Shown: positions 13,628-27,041, numbered from the stretch's first letter. The stretch: 64,000 bases of DNA from Cirrosporium novae-zelandiae (GCA_026023565.1 JAPETS010000009.1:744001-808000), one strand, 5' to 3'. Notes: generated by a model from the sequence alone, not told the origin. Numbers and translations are program-made.

Positions 13628-13955
13628 TGACCATGACCATGACCATGATCATGATCACGATCACAATCACAATCACAATCACGACCACAACCACGACTAC
13701 GATCACGACCACGATCACGATCACGATAATTTCCATCATCATGACACATATGACCATGACCACAGTCACTGCAACGAGCAAGAAGAGAAACTAAGAGGTG
13801 TCATGCATGTGATTGCATCACGGACTGCGGATCTAGAGGATGTGAGACAGAGAACGGTCTCTTATTTGAAGGAGAGGGGCATCGATGCTGTTGTTCAAGT
13901 GGAATGGCAAGGGGAAGGCAGGTGTTGGTGCGGAGCGGGGAAGAGGATTGGGTGA
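10927..13955 (+). CDS. MSC2: Cation diffusion facilitator zinc transporter, Msc2/Cis4 type (ER/Golgi)
   Basis: Four exons (introns at about 11350-11403, 12622-12667 and 12887-12934). CDF motifs SLGLMSDSIHMFFDCLAL, FPYGLGKVDTLAGFANGIFL and NMEGIFLHVLADTLGSVAV. Extra N-terminal TM region and His-rich loops. Confidence 0.88.
13556..13770 (+). repeat. Coding hexanucleotide-type repeat (CAYGAY)n encoding a His-Asp/His-Asn tract
   Basis: Visible cacgac/catgac/cacaat arrays. A shorter tract lies at about 13076-13166. Confidence 0.9.
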
Positions 13956-15948
13956 GAGATATTAGGCGGCAGAATGGTGCATGGGACGTTGATTGATACC
14001 CACGGCGGCTGTCTTTAAACAAGGCGCTCATGTGGTTCAAGATATTATGTTGTTGTCTGACCTTTTAGTGGAGATGTATGCGATATGGGCGAATATGGAG
14101 TACTGAAGGGGGTGTTCTGATGGCCAGGGTTGTCTGGATACATCATAAATTTGAGAGTATGGATTTATCTAGGCTCACAAATGAGCATACCAATGATAAC
14201 AATATGAATGGCGATGCAATCATTACATTGAACAAAATTTCTTAGAAAATCAATGTAAATGGGAAACTAGATAGTCGTTTCCAAGTATTAACCATAGCTT
14301 CGGTGTGAAACCTAGTAGCTCGCAGTAGCCTTCTTTCCGTAGAGCCTGTATATACATACATCTTAGCTTCTTGGACGCCTAATATATATGTTTGCAAACT
14401 ACTCTACCTTTTTAGAGATATGCTTGTTATACCTGTAGAAGTCGTAAGTATGACTGGTTGAAATTTATTTGAAGCTATTCTATCTAAACACAGACAACGT
14501 AGGGTGATCACAGCATAGACCCCTTGAACTATCCGTGGCTTTTCCCTTTGTATTTTATTTTACCTTAATCGCATCTTTGTTGTTGTTTTTGTTACACGGG
14601 TTCTTATGAGTGGCTTCAGTTTAATTATGATGTTTTTCTTGAGATAAAGGGCGATATTAGGGCCCGTGTTGAGAAGATGGTTGTTCTGATCCACATCTTC
14701 TGGTGGCTTTCTGGGACATGCGAGATCGTCCCAGTTTATTGATTATGTACAGTGGGCGTCTATTCCTTGCTGCTGTGGCTTCGTGTTATGATCGCCTATT
14801 CCATATGTCAATAATTGATACATGAATATGTACTGTACCTATTTATTCTTTCTTGATTCAACCTTTTGTTGATTTTTTTCTCTTCAGATTGAATTAGTTT
14901 CATTATGATAAGCTTTCTGCTCTGGATGTTTTTACCATATCTGATTAGCTTATATCCTCTCTTGTTGTTAGACTTTGGAGATCTGCTTCTGGTATGACGT
15001 TTGGGTCAACTATCATGAATATAAGTAGTAAACTGGAGGAGTCCCCCTGCGTCTTGTGGAGGTGGAAAATCTCAATGATGAAAAAGCTAGATGGAAAAAA
15101 TGATTACTGAAATCCTTCCTGGAAACTGCATTGATATACTTGTATCAACCATGCTATCTCTACCATGCTACCCGAATACCCTCCAACCTTTCGAGGAAAG
15201 TAAAAAGGCTAGGTGTGCTAGGCTGTCGAATGAATCCTGTCGCCTTTAGACAGGCAACCATCAAGGTATTTTCTTTGATTCATGCCGTCTTCTGTTGAGG
15301 TACATAAGATGACTGCCTAGAGGCGCAGTGGTACTATGTATATTGAGGAAAAAACTCAATATCTTCAAAGTTCAGGAATGATGTCATGATCTGATTTCCG
15401 GTGTGAAAAAGGATTTGGAACCGCGTGTCCTTGCGGCACGCTGAACCAACGTAATGGCTGTCGCCTGGATCGGAATTCGAAACATCCTATTGGAGTTGTA
15501 TCGGGTTTGGCTTCAATGTTATGTTCTACTTTTGCATGGTACAGTACGCAGGCAGGTGTGACAGGACTGTGGTAGCACGAATAGTTCGCCTCGGTCGGCG
15601 ATCTCTTTGGCCGGTTTCACGTGAATCGTAACATCGGAGAGAGGTTGAGCCGACACTCTGAAAATAGAATCATCCTACTGGGTGATGTGAGGATTTGTCC
15701 TCCCTAGTTGCCTAGCGGAATTACCGTTAGCACGACATCATTGAAACGCTGCCCTCCTTCATCTTCGGATTCCTCTTTATTATTATTATTATCATCAACA
15801 ACTTCCTTCTTTCTTCTTTCTTCATCAGAAAACTACAAAAATAATCATCTCCTAACGACTTTTTTTCTACCTTTACTCGCTTGCAGCCTTCATTTCACGT
15901 TTAAAGTGTTCTCTCATTTCACCTTTGCGAATCCTGTAGCTGGTGACG

Positions 15949-17170
15949 ATGTATCATCACGCTGTACATTTGGTGAGGCGTGTAGCCTCGACCTATTACG
16001 AGGCTGGTAATCCTCAAAATGGGTTTGAAGATATTCCAGAATATGCCTTCAAGTTTCCTGCTTGGGGTGCTGTGCTCACCGTTGGAACTGTCCTCGTCTT
16101 CATGTTCTTGACTGCTGCTGTAGGTTGAGAAGCGCCATCAAAATAGTTCAACATTTTACTAATCATATACCTAGGTTCAATATACGTATGAACATGTTGT
16201 AGCAACTTTAACCATGGTCGAATCCCCCTATCAGACTGTCATTATCAAAGCGGAAGAATCTACCGATCCAGACGCTCCCCTGTCCACACCCATAGAAAAG
16301 TCCGAGAAAGCACCTTTGATCGAGCTCGAGACTGTTGTTGTCAGGACCCAACCAGTCACTGCCAAATTCCGTACTGCTATTAAACACCTTAATGCTCGCG
16401 CTGGTCGCCTTTCTCGCTTCCGTGGTCTTGGACTTCATTGTGCTTATCACTTTGTACACCATATTTTGACTGTCTTGACGATGGCCATAATGCCAACTCC
16501 AAGATATGTGTCGCGTCCTATTGGATATATTGCTGCTGCGGTAATTCTCTCCAGGTGGCAGCTTGCATGGACTCACATCGTAATCTCCGAACCATCTACC
16601 AAACCTGCATGCCAACGTATCCCGGGTCGTAACTCGTGGAAGAAGGTTGCTCCCGCTACTGCGCTTTGGGCCGCTTCAACTCAGCTTACAGTTGGCCTGC
16701 CAATGGTTCTTGGCAAGCTTTTCGGATTCCACGAACTCTGTCAACGAAAGGAATCGCTTGCCGAGCTCACTCCATCAGAACTTAGAGTTCTGTTCATCCA
16801 GGTATCCTTGGTATTCCTTGTCTTCATTGGAACCGCTGTAGCTATCCTTGTCCCAGCAACCGTCACCATGAGACGCGTTCACGCTTCCATGCTTCCAGAA
16901 GAAGATGAGCCCATTGTTTCCTTTGACCGAACATTCGATGGAAAGGTCATTCCCGAGATCCTTGGAGGAAGTGGAAAGGTCGATATGCTTGAGGCATGGA
17001 AGAGCTTTGACATGAGCTCAAGGATTCGCTTGTTGAAGACCTATGGAAAGGTTTTCGCCATCCAGCTTGCGCTCTCCATTCTTGGTGCTCTTATTGTATT
17101 TGGTGAACTTGCCTTGGTAATGGGCCATGAGCTTCCCAAAATGATTGCTGCTGTTAAAGGCTCCAACTGA
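15949..17170 (+). CDS. Conserved fungal multi-pass membrane protein of unknown function
   Basis: ATG at 15949, intron at about 16124-16174, then YTYEHVVATLTMVESP..LAWTHIVISEPS..PATVTMRRVHASMLPEEDEPIVSFDRTF. Several hydrophobic segments. Confidence 0.8.
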
Positions 17171-17973
17171 GGTGTCAGTGACAGGTTCGAATCAAGAACA
17201 TAGTGTTTACCACGATATGGTATTCAAGCTTATAGCGACAGTTGATATCTCAAACCCCCAGTCTTGTACTTTGTGTGCCAGTCAAACCATGATTCCGAGG
17301 CTTTCTATTGGCGTTTATAAGGAGTCGGTCAACTTAACCGCTTTGAACTTGTATGTTTTAGTTTCTAGAATGCAAACGGTGATTGGATCCATGTTGATAA
17401 TATAAAATCACGTCATTCTTTGCGAGTTCTGTACTTTATAAAAAATAGTGGAATGATCGGGATGTCCTTGACCAGCAAGGTACCTTTGTAGCTTTTGTGG
17501 CATCATATTTTTGTAGTCAGAAGATGTCCACTTGATGATGTGCTGTTCAGCGAACAAACCTAAGCCTTTGGGAGGCCCCGTGAATCTAGCTCTAACCGAC
17601 AATCAATCCGGATCCCTTGCCGTTTTGATATCTAATCGATGGCAGATCCTGATCTTACCTCTTTATCATTTATTCAAACATAACAAATCTATATGAAATA
17701 TTGACACGCCTTAAATTGTTTCACTCATCGAAAGGCATTGCTACAGTCCTCTTGCCTAACCCATATAAGGGTATTCACACATAACACCGCTTTGTCCCTG
17801 CACAAGTCATCCGTCCAAATACCACCCCACCTTCAATTACCGACTTTATTATTCACTGACTCCAGCTTGCGTAATTCCTTGAGCCACCGCTATTTAAACC
17901 TTCGGCCCTCTCTATTAGTATCGCTTATATCGAAATACCAGCAATTTCACATACAAATTCATACTTTATCATT

Positions 17974-18808
17974 ATGACGAGCTCGCCCAATACTTCCGCC
18001 GTGCTTCTAAGCCGGCAGCTGAAACAAATGCAAAAGGGAGACATACCCGGAATTAGCTGTGGATTGGCGGCAGATAATATTTATGACTGGGAAGTCATGT
18101 TGATGATCTCTGATGACTGCAAATATTATGGTGGTGGGTATTCTGTCTTGCGATTTTGGATGTGGCGAAGACGTAGTAGGGGTGGGATAAGATCGGCTGA
18201 CAGGAGCAAAAACCTTTTTGGAACCAACGTGTCTGAGGCGGAATAGAAAAGGGACTGTGCGACAGAAGATGAATCTTGGCTGATATTATTTGGTGGTATT
18301 ATAGGAGGATTCTTTCGCGCACGACTCACGTTTCCAAAAGAGTATCCACTCATGCCACCGAAACTAAAGTTCGAGACACCAATATTCCACCCAAACAGTA
18401 TGTCATTCCGAACTTGCGGAAAACTATGAATTTGTTATTCTAACTCCTTGTCCTTCTAGTCTATCCTACTGGTGAAGTTTGCATCTCAATCCTCCATCCT
18501 CCTGAAGAAGAGTATGCTCCTCCTCCTCTCTTTTCACAGTCTTCTTCCCCGCCTCCTCACCATATAGCTACTTGTTGTCCAGCCTAACACTCCCCTCTCT
18601 TAGTAAATACGGCTATGAATCCGCCGCCGAACGTTGGTCCCCGGTACAATCTCCCGAGACCATTCTCCTTTCCGTCATAAGCATGCTCAGCGATCCCAAC
18701 GATGAAAGCCCTGCCAACGTCGAAGCCGCTAGACTATGGAGAGAGGATACCAAAGAGTTCAAAAAGAGAGTACGAAAATGTGTTAGGGAGAGTCTAGGGG
18801 AGGATTAG
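17974..18808 (+). CDS. ubc15: Ubiquitin-conjugating enzyme E2, UBE2G1/Ubc15-like (Ubc7/Cdc34 class with acidic loop)
   Basis: Four exons splice to [18 protein letters not shown](I/V)[55 protein letters not shown], with the catalytic Cys and acidic insertion present. Confidence 0.9.
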
Positions 18809-20055
18809 GTTGGGTGGATGGCTATGATCAATCAAAAACGGATTCAGCCCTGGAAGGTTGTACATAATATGCATTTAGCGAAAGGCGAGAGAGAATGGAA
18901 GTCATAGAAGGGGAATCCATGGGTGTTCCGGGTATCAATTTCAGGAAGGGGTTGATCCCACTTTGAATAACTTTTGAGCGTTTTATGGGGGAGTACTTTT
19001 TTTGTTAGGTGCTTGCTTATTGGGTACTTACTCTTTCAGTTCATAGGTTAGCGGCAGCTGTGATGATGATTTACAAAAACTCTTTGTTTTGTAAATGACC
19101 CTTTTTTGTTCGGTTGGTTGGTTGGTTGGCTGGGTTCCTTTTTTTGGACAATGGGACACGTTTGTTGATGGATGGCTCTCCCTCCCTTATTCCGTTCTTC
19201 TTCTACAGAACAGTACAGTACAGTAGTACAGGCATCATCGGAGAACATAGGAATAACCATAACCAATCCACAAACCACCACACCCACCTACTATACTGTC
19301 CACCCAACCGAGGAATGAAATAACCACGACAATTAAAGACATCCAACCATATGTACATGTACATGCCCTTACACAGTAAAAGTCCTTGCTCTTTCAAAGA
19401 AGTTTTCTACTGTAGTAGTAAATCAATCATACACCATATACATATACAAAAACCCCAAAATTTTTATATCCAAATCAAATCAACAATCAGAAGAAGAGTG
19501 CTACGCTACTCCCATTTTCTATATATATCTCTCTCTATACTCGAAGTATTTTTTCATCGCATCGAAGAAGAGGATATCGGATATCGATATAAATCCCTTG
19601 GTTGTTACCCCCCCCCTCTTCCCACTTTTTTTTTTTTTTAGGGTTGTTGGTACAATAATAATATCCTTTTATTTTGAAGCAATAAGCACTTACTGTACTT
19701 TTAGATGGCACGTGCATCTTATCTAAACTATCTACTTACCAAGATAATTAGCTTTTGAACTGAACATAATTAGGTGATTACTCCTTCTAAAAGCTTTTTT
19801 TTTTTTGGTGAGGGGGTTAAATAATTAGATCTTCATGCCCAAGTAAAAAAAATTTCAATAGAATGAATACATATTTTTTAAATAATATTTAGTATCATAA
19901 AACAATTAAGGGATATTATTATTATCATTTGCCCCCCTCCCCCCCTCTCAGAAAAAGCCGTTACCCCGAAAACGGAAGACCGGACCAATAATTAATTATC
20001 GGAACTTGATTGATTGATTGATTGAAAAAAGAAAACCGAAAACCGATCAAGCGAG

Positions 20056-20061
20056 CCGAGG
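20056..20061 (+). promoter_or_regulatory. CCGAGG motif (FarA/FarB-type fatty-acid induction site) upstream of the carnitine carrier
   Basis: Exact CCGAGG about 430 bp upstream of the ATG, with a second copy at 19308-19313. CCGAGG is the known FarA/FarB core in Aspergillus fatty-acid utilisation genes. A 6-mer can occur by chance. Confidence 0.45.
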
Positions 20062-20489
20062 TAACTCTTTTCCCTGTGTACCACAGTAATTACAGTACTG
20101 ACATACTGACGTACCCCCCCTGTCCTTGATTTGAAAGAAGTTCGTTCGTTCGTTCCCGCAGAACGCGGAGAGAAGGGTGTAATTAATGAACTTTGGGGGG
20201 GGGGCTCCACGGTTCTGATCTACTAAGCTGAGAGAGAGAGAGAGAGAAAGAGTGAATGACACCGGCAATTATCTATTCAATAATAACTTAACAAGTTTGC
20301 TTGTGATTTTTTTCTTCTCTCTACTTGATGGGCTTTCCTCTCTTTGTTTTGTGACCAACAAATAAATACACAGGAATAATTTTTCTCTTTTTCGCTCCTT
20401 GGTTTCGCTTCTTCGTTTTCCTCATACCCATATAGAAAACTCTCCGCTCCTTTATCTTCTCTCCTCCTCCTCCACCATCATTCATCATC

Positions 20490-21686
20490 ATGTCTGCAGA
20501 ACCTTCTCAAGCGCAGTCCAAGTTACTGCATAAACCTCATATCCCTACCCCCCACGAACTTGAAGAGGATGTTAAAGCCGCTACCAAGTCCTCTCTCTCG
20601 TCTCTTCGGGCCCTCGCTGCAGGGGGCGTCGGGGGTGTTTGCGCCGTCGTTACAGGGCACCCCTTCGATCTTGTGAAGGTGCGATTACAAACGGCGGAGA
20701 GGGGCGTATATAGTGGGGCTATGGATGTCGCGAGGAAGACTGTTGCGAGGGAAGGATTGTTCAGGGTGAGTGATGATTGTGCTTAACTGGAAAAATGCTT
20801 GCAATTCCACGTTTACTGTATGAGAAAGTCGGTATTAACAGTATTGCAATCAGGGTCTGTACAGAGGTGTTTCTGCTCCATTAGTAGGAGTAACTCCTAT
20901 GTGTAAGTTTTCTCTCTCTCTCTTTCTCCTGTGTAGATAATATACTGACCAAACCTTCTGGTAGTTGCTGTCTCTTTCTGGGGCTACGATGTCGGTAAAC
21001 GTCTCGTCTCCTCTTTTTCAGAAGTTGGTCCCGGTGGCTTTACAATCGCGCAAATCTCGGCTGCCGGTTTCTTCTCTGCCATCCCCATGACCATTATTAC
21101 TGCCCCCTTCGAGCGCGTTAAGGTCCTCCTGCAGATCCAAGGTCAGAAGCAACTTGCTCCCGGTGAAAAACCAAAATACAGTGGTGGCTTGGATGTCGTA
21201 AGACAACTTTACAAGGAAGGAGGAATCCGTTCTGTCTTTAGAGGTTCTGCCATGACTCTCGCTCGGGATGGCCCTGGCTCCGCCGCATACTTCGCTGCCT
21301 ATGAATACATCAAGCGACGCCTTTCTCCCAAGGACGAGCATGGCAACGTCGGTGCACTCAGCCTCCCAGCTGTATGCGTCGCGGGTGCGGCAGCGGGTGT
21401 AGCCATGTGGATCCCAGTATTTCCAGTGGACACAGTAAAGAGTCGACTGCAGAGCGCCGAGGGTCGGCCAACGATTGGAGGTACCATTAGTGGACTTTAT
21501 AGAGGTGGGGGTATCAAGGCGTTTTTCCCTGGCTTTGCACCAGCAATGGCAAGGGCGGTACCGGCGAACGCGGCGACTTTGTGAGTTTTCGAAGTTCTTA
21601 GAGGGAGAAAATTGCTAACGACTTTATTTTTGCGTAGCGTCGGTGTGGAACTAGCGACCAAAGCTATGACTGCTATGTTTGATTGA
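20490..21686 (+). CDS. CRC1: Mitochondrial carnitine/acylcarnitine carrier
   Basis: Three carrier repeats (HPFDLVKVRLQ, APFERVKVLLQ, FPVDTVKSRLQ) plus ARDGPGSAAYF and RAVPANAATF. Introns near 20766, 20902 and 21581; last exon ends AMFD-TGA at 21686. Confidence 0.93.
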
Positions 21687-22734
21687 TCGATTAGCCTTAT
21701 TGATGTCAGAAAAAGTACTATGAATATACAAATAACAGGAACAGGAACCATGGATGGGCTCATGAGGATGTTTTCATTTCTTTTACAATTGTATTGATTA
21801 GCCAAAGAAAGCCTCATGATTTAAGCATATGAAAGGGTCCAACCAGCGAGCGAGCGACCGCATGTCTTTTTTGTTTTTGTTTCAAGATCAAAGAAGGAAC
21901 TCTTTAGATTTCTCTAGAATTCTGGTAGTGGTGGGTGGGTATAGGAAGATGTTTTTTAGTTTTGTTACCATGACTGTCAATGAAATTAAATTGGTGAAGA
22001 CAGACACACGGCCCTCCTGTTCTTTTTCTTTTTCTTTTTCTTCTTTTTCCTGCACACATGACCGATTTGCCCTGCAATTGTGACTCGATATTATATTGGT
22101 TGATATTCCCGAAGCGTGATACAGGATAAGGATATTGCAGGCAATATAACAATGCCCTGCGTGGATTATGCTTACCTTGTGTGTCCTTTTTTCTACTGCT
22201 ACGATATGGTATCGAGACCTCGTTTTTATGGACCAATTGATATTTACCGCCTGGATTGATTATCGGTCTCTAGAATTTAGGTAAGGGATATTTAATTCTT
22301 GATTTATTTTTATTTCTATGTAGGAATTTCCCACAAATCGTTGTTTCTGACTTGCAAACTGCATAGGATCCTGAACCTGCTCCTCTGCCCCGCAATTCTC
22401 ACGATCCTTGACTGCGACCGCTGCCAGCAACCCCGAACCTAAGAATACCTATTAAATCGCAATGACGTTCAGGAAATTTGGCCTTGGGTATGGAATATAT
22501 TCCTTGCATAAACATTACAGCGGAGACGAAACTACAGGAGATATACCCGGAGTCCGAGAGATCACGATCATATGATTAACACCGCTTTCCCCAACTCGCT
22601 CTTAGTCCAACACCAATTATGAAGCCAAATCCTTCCATGTGCCGAACAGAGAGTATATCAATCAACCAAGTCCACTTGTTCCTCGGGTTCATTAAGTCTG
22701 CCGAAGCACCCCAATTCCTACCGTTGCCTTGAAG

Positions 22735-23955
22735 ATGTCGATAACTGCCAATGTTGAAGAGGGGGGATCTCATCCTTTCGAAGTCGAACACGATGTGGCT
22801 ATGCGTGGAGGAGGTTTTTACACTTCCAACTCCGATCTACAACGGGCCAATGTGTTGAAAGCATTGCCTCTCTTTAGCTTGAGGGGAGCTCGCCAGCCCG
22901 TCTCTCCTAGCCGTCCATTTACAATAGTGGATTACGGGTCATCGTCCGGGGTCAACTCGTGAGTATTCCAGGGCCCTACTAGAATTCAAAGAAGATCACT
23001 ACTAACAATCTATCTGAAAACGTACAGGATTGACCCATTTTCACATATCTGCAAGACATATTTTCCTCCACCAGACCCGTCAACCCCGAACACAAAGAAA
23101 CAAGAAGTAACCTTGGTCTTTAGTGATCGGCCCAGTAATGACTTTAACAATGTCTCCGAAACCATCCAGGAAGCTCGACCCTTGTTGACGAAGCAACACC
23201 AACACCTTTCTATATTTCCTACAATGATCCCTTGTAGCTTCTACGATCGTGTCATGCCTACATCTTCTGTCGACATTGCCTTTTCCTGTTCCTGTCTCCA
23301 TTACCTCTCTCGCCTTCCACATATATCCTCCCCCGAAGTCCGTCAGGAAACATACCGCCAACAAGCCCACGGAGATCTAAAAAACTTCTTTCTACTTCGT
23401 GCACAGGAACTCGTCCCAGGTGCACCTCTTGTCCTATCATTCGTCTGCTCTGCTTCCTCTAAACGGCCGAACTATGGTCCTGCCACTGCAGCGTTGCAGC
23501 AAGGGCTCCAAGAAATGCTGCACGATGGCCGCATCTCCCCAAAAGCGCTAGAGCTTTTTGAGATCCCCTTCTACAGCCGTACTATTCAGGACGTCCGTAG
23601 CGTGCTAGAAGAACCCGACATTGCCGGAAAGTGGAAGGTCGATGAACTTTTTGAACACGAATCAACTCATCCCGCATATCAGCGCCTGGTAGTAGATGGC
23701 TATGGAGGTGAAGATGACATCGCATACGCTCGCGTCGTGATCGAATGGTTCCTGGCAGTCCTAACCAACTATTTCCTCACAGCATTGCGGATGGCTGCCA
23801 AAGCATCAGGCACGGAGATTTCGACCGCGGAGGAGAATAGCCTGCTGGTCGAGTGGAGGGAACGGTGCATGAAGATCTATCTGGAACACCATCGTAACGA
23901 GAGACTTTTTGCAACAGAAATTTATGTGCGGTTAGTGAGGACGGAAGAAAGATAG
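22735..23955 (+). CDS. SABATH-family (Methyltransf_7) SAM-dependent carboxyl methyltransferase
   Basis: Motifs MRGGGFYTSNSDLQ, IVDYGSSSGVNS, FSDRPSNDFN, PCSFYDRVMP..AFSCSCLHYLS, DLKNFFLLRAQELVPG and IPFYSRT match plant SAMT/JMT/IAMT motifs. One intron at about 22960-23027. Confidence 0.9.
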
Positions 23956-24692
23956 ATAGCTTCTTGATAGATAATAGATAAAGACAGTCATAAATAAAAA
24001 ACGATATTTATCCATAATCTCAACCCTTTAAATCTCAGTTACATCTGCTATACGCATATGGAAAAACTGTGTTGGGATTTTGTCGTTGTTATTGTCAAGA
24101 GTTATTTATATATGGTAGGAATGATTTTTTTTATCGATACTTACCTAGGTTGGAAATAAAATATCTAAGTAGAGGGAGAGTATGAAGGAAGGGGGGGCGT
24201 CGAGTATCTCCAATAGATAGATACCTACAGTAGGTAGATAATAGACTAATGGAAATCAACATGTTGTTTACTGGACTACCTAAGTACATTATAGCTCCTT
24301 TAGATTATGCGGGGGGAGATGTGAAAACAAGCAATATTGGTTGGAGGGGTCCCCTATCAACCTTATCAGAAGGTTGGGCTTGGCTGACGATAGCAAAACC
24401 GGCCCTGCAATAGCTTAAGCTAGATCTAAAACGGTATTTCCAACCCACCAGATGCAGTAGTTATCGATTCGATTATCTATGCCCCCCCCCCAATCCAAGT
24501 TACCGGCCGGCCTTCTAGAAAGCGGATTGTCAGATTAGATGGGTCGGAATTTGATTAAAGTTGAAGTGGTTGCCCATGATGAGAGGTTGGTTTGGTGCGA
24601 CACACATCCTTAACAAACAACCCGCTTTGCTCGCTTTCCTTTGGTGGTAGGAGGATATCCGAAAATCACCGCAAATCTCCCAATCTTAAAAT

Positions 24693-26406
24693 ATGGCTCA
24701 AGATAATAATCATGAAGTTGAGAAGCAACCTTCTTCGGATGTTAAGGCATCATCATCATCATCGTCACCGGCGAACAATGTCAGCGAAGGCAAGGTCTTT
24801 ACGCAGGATGAATACCATCTCGCCTCGTTGGGGTACAAGCAAGAGTTTTTCAGGCATCTTGGTCTGTTCGAGAATTGGGCCGCTACGTTCTCGTCCATGA
24901 ATTTTATTTCTGGTATTCCCGTGCTCTTTGGATGGGTGCTTTATTCTGGAGGTCCCAAGTCTGCATTCGCCAATTGGACCATGGTCGGTGGACTATCGTT
25001 TATTGTTTCGTTGTCGATGGCGGAGATTGCTGCTGCGTTGCCGACCGCTGGTGGTATATATTTTTGGGCATATAGACTTGGGGGCCCTACCTGGGGTCCG
25101 TTCCTGAGCTGGATGACTGCTTGGTGGAATTGGGCTGGCTGGATCTGCGTCGTGCCGGGTGTGCAACAGGGCGCGACCAGTTTCCTTCTCTCGGCTTTGG
25201 AGATTAAATATCCAGAGTCCGAAGTGCTATACCAGGGATGGTTTTCATGGTTGCTTACCTCGATTGGAATGCTTTTTGCTATGGCACCCAATATCATCTC
25301 CCAGCGAGTCCTGCAATGGTATTTCCGCTTCGCCATCTTCATCTTCTTTACCCTCTTTGCCCTTTATTGGACATGGTTCCCAGCAATGGCTTCTGGCCAT
25401 TTCCAAACATCAGCTGGGGTGTTCGACCGGTTTTATAATGGAATAAACTTTGGGCCCGAGAAGCAAGCCTCTGATTCCTATACATGGGTGGTTGGAGTTC
25501 TTTTTGGAGCTTGGGTTTTTTATGGTTATGATGCTTCCGCCCATTTGGCAGAGGAAACCCATGAAGCAAGTACCGTTGTTGCCAAAGGAATGTGGATGTC
25601 GACGCTTTCATCTTGGCTCCTTTCAGTCCCAACTTTGATTATAGTTCTCTTCTGTATGCAAGATTTCGACAAAATCATCTCGGCTAGTTACTCTAATAAT
25701 TGGGCCGAATACCTGGTTCAGCTCATCGGGAAAAACGGAGCAGTGGCCATTCTGTCGATACTATGGGTTGACTCGACCTGTGCAACAGCCTCTTGTTTCA
25801 TGTCCGCACAGCGGGTGACGTTTGCTATATCAAGAGACGGAGTCTTGCCTTTTTCCAAATATTTTCGCCGTCTCAACAAGAACCGAATTCCTGTCCATGC
25901 TGGATTTTTAGTCTGCTTCCTCAGTATCGCCGTCACTTGCGCTGTTATTGGCTCCTCGGTAGCATTCACAGCTATTACTGCTACAGCCACAATTGCTACA
26001 AATTTCTCGTATCTGATCCCAATCGTGGCGCGTCATACAGTTGGGCGCAAGCGTTTTACCCCAGCTACCTGGAACCTTGGAAAGTACAGCGTATACTTTG
26101 CTATCGTGGCTGGTTTGTACATAATGTTTTTGTTTGTTGTATTGCTTCTTCCACAAGAATATCCTGTTACTGCCGTAAGTATTCTGGGCTCAAACATTTT
26201 CGTACGCAACTCTAATGCGTATCTAGAAAACCCTCAACTATGCGCCTATCTGCATCGGAATTGTGACGATCATAAGCCTTGTGGGATGGCTTCTACCATT
26301 CGGCCTTGGGGGCAGGCACTGGTTCAATGGGCCTAAGAAAACCATTGAGGAGGAAGAATTGCAGAAATATAGGATGGTTGATGCTACTGGTACAGTTTCT
26401 GTTTGA
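24693..26406 (+). CDS. APC-superfamily amino acid/GABA/choline permease (UGA4/HNM1-like)
   Basis: LGYKQEF.R, SMAEIAAALPTAGGIYFW, YGYDASAHLAEET and RVTFAISRDGVLPFS. Intron 26175-26226; last exon TLNYAP..HWFNGPK ends at TGA 26406. Confidence 0.92.
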
Positions 26407-27041
26407 TAGAGACGGTATCTAAACTTTTGTAAAGTGTTTTTGGATCCGATTCAAAGGATTCTGATGGCACGAGTAAAGATATAGATTTCTCGGCGGGTTT
26501 TCAGGGGCCATTTCGCTTGTTGTTGCAGGGCTTGATGGTTGGGTTTTACTTGCAAGAATCAAACGGTTCAGTTCGAACATGGCCTTTATAGAGATGTATG
26601 GAAACATGCTGCATATATTACATTCACATTATTGATGAGTAATGATATTGAATCTAAAAGACTAGGTCCAAAGTTTGATCCTAAAGCTCCCAGCCCCGCT
26701 CCTTAGTAATTATTAGCCTCAGGCACAAACCCATAAGCGAACTCTCCTGGTCTCGTCATTCCTCCACCCTACTCATCAATATGTCAATACTCCATCTATT
26801 CCTGTTAGTTGCGCAATGCAGATCGGCGGCACGTAAAGGATCACACATTTTAGGACAAAGAACTATTAACTAGTTAGCATGAACTTACGAGATGATTATG
26901 AATTTGGGCCATCATCTAATTGCGGAGATAATATGTCCGACTCCTCGGACTCTATATCCGCGGTCTATCTCCGAATACTTTACATCTCAACACCTCCGTC
27001 CGAAGTGATCGATCGTTTTCATTCCATTAATTTTCATAGAA

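Noticed and set aside
13483..13794. Poly-Val/Ile, poly-Thr and Arg-Gly/Asp ORFs
   Set aside because: These are alternative-frame shadows of the His-Asp coding repeat.
17180..17200. GGTTCGAATC resembling a tRNA T-loop
   Set aside because: There is no cloverleaf or A-box in the flanks.
15949..18808. Possible fusion of the membrane protein with the downstream E2 enzyme
   Set aside because: There is a clear stop at 17170, about 800 bp of intergenic DNA, and a separate ATG at 17974; the membrane protein has no UBC motif.
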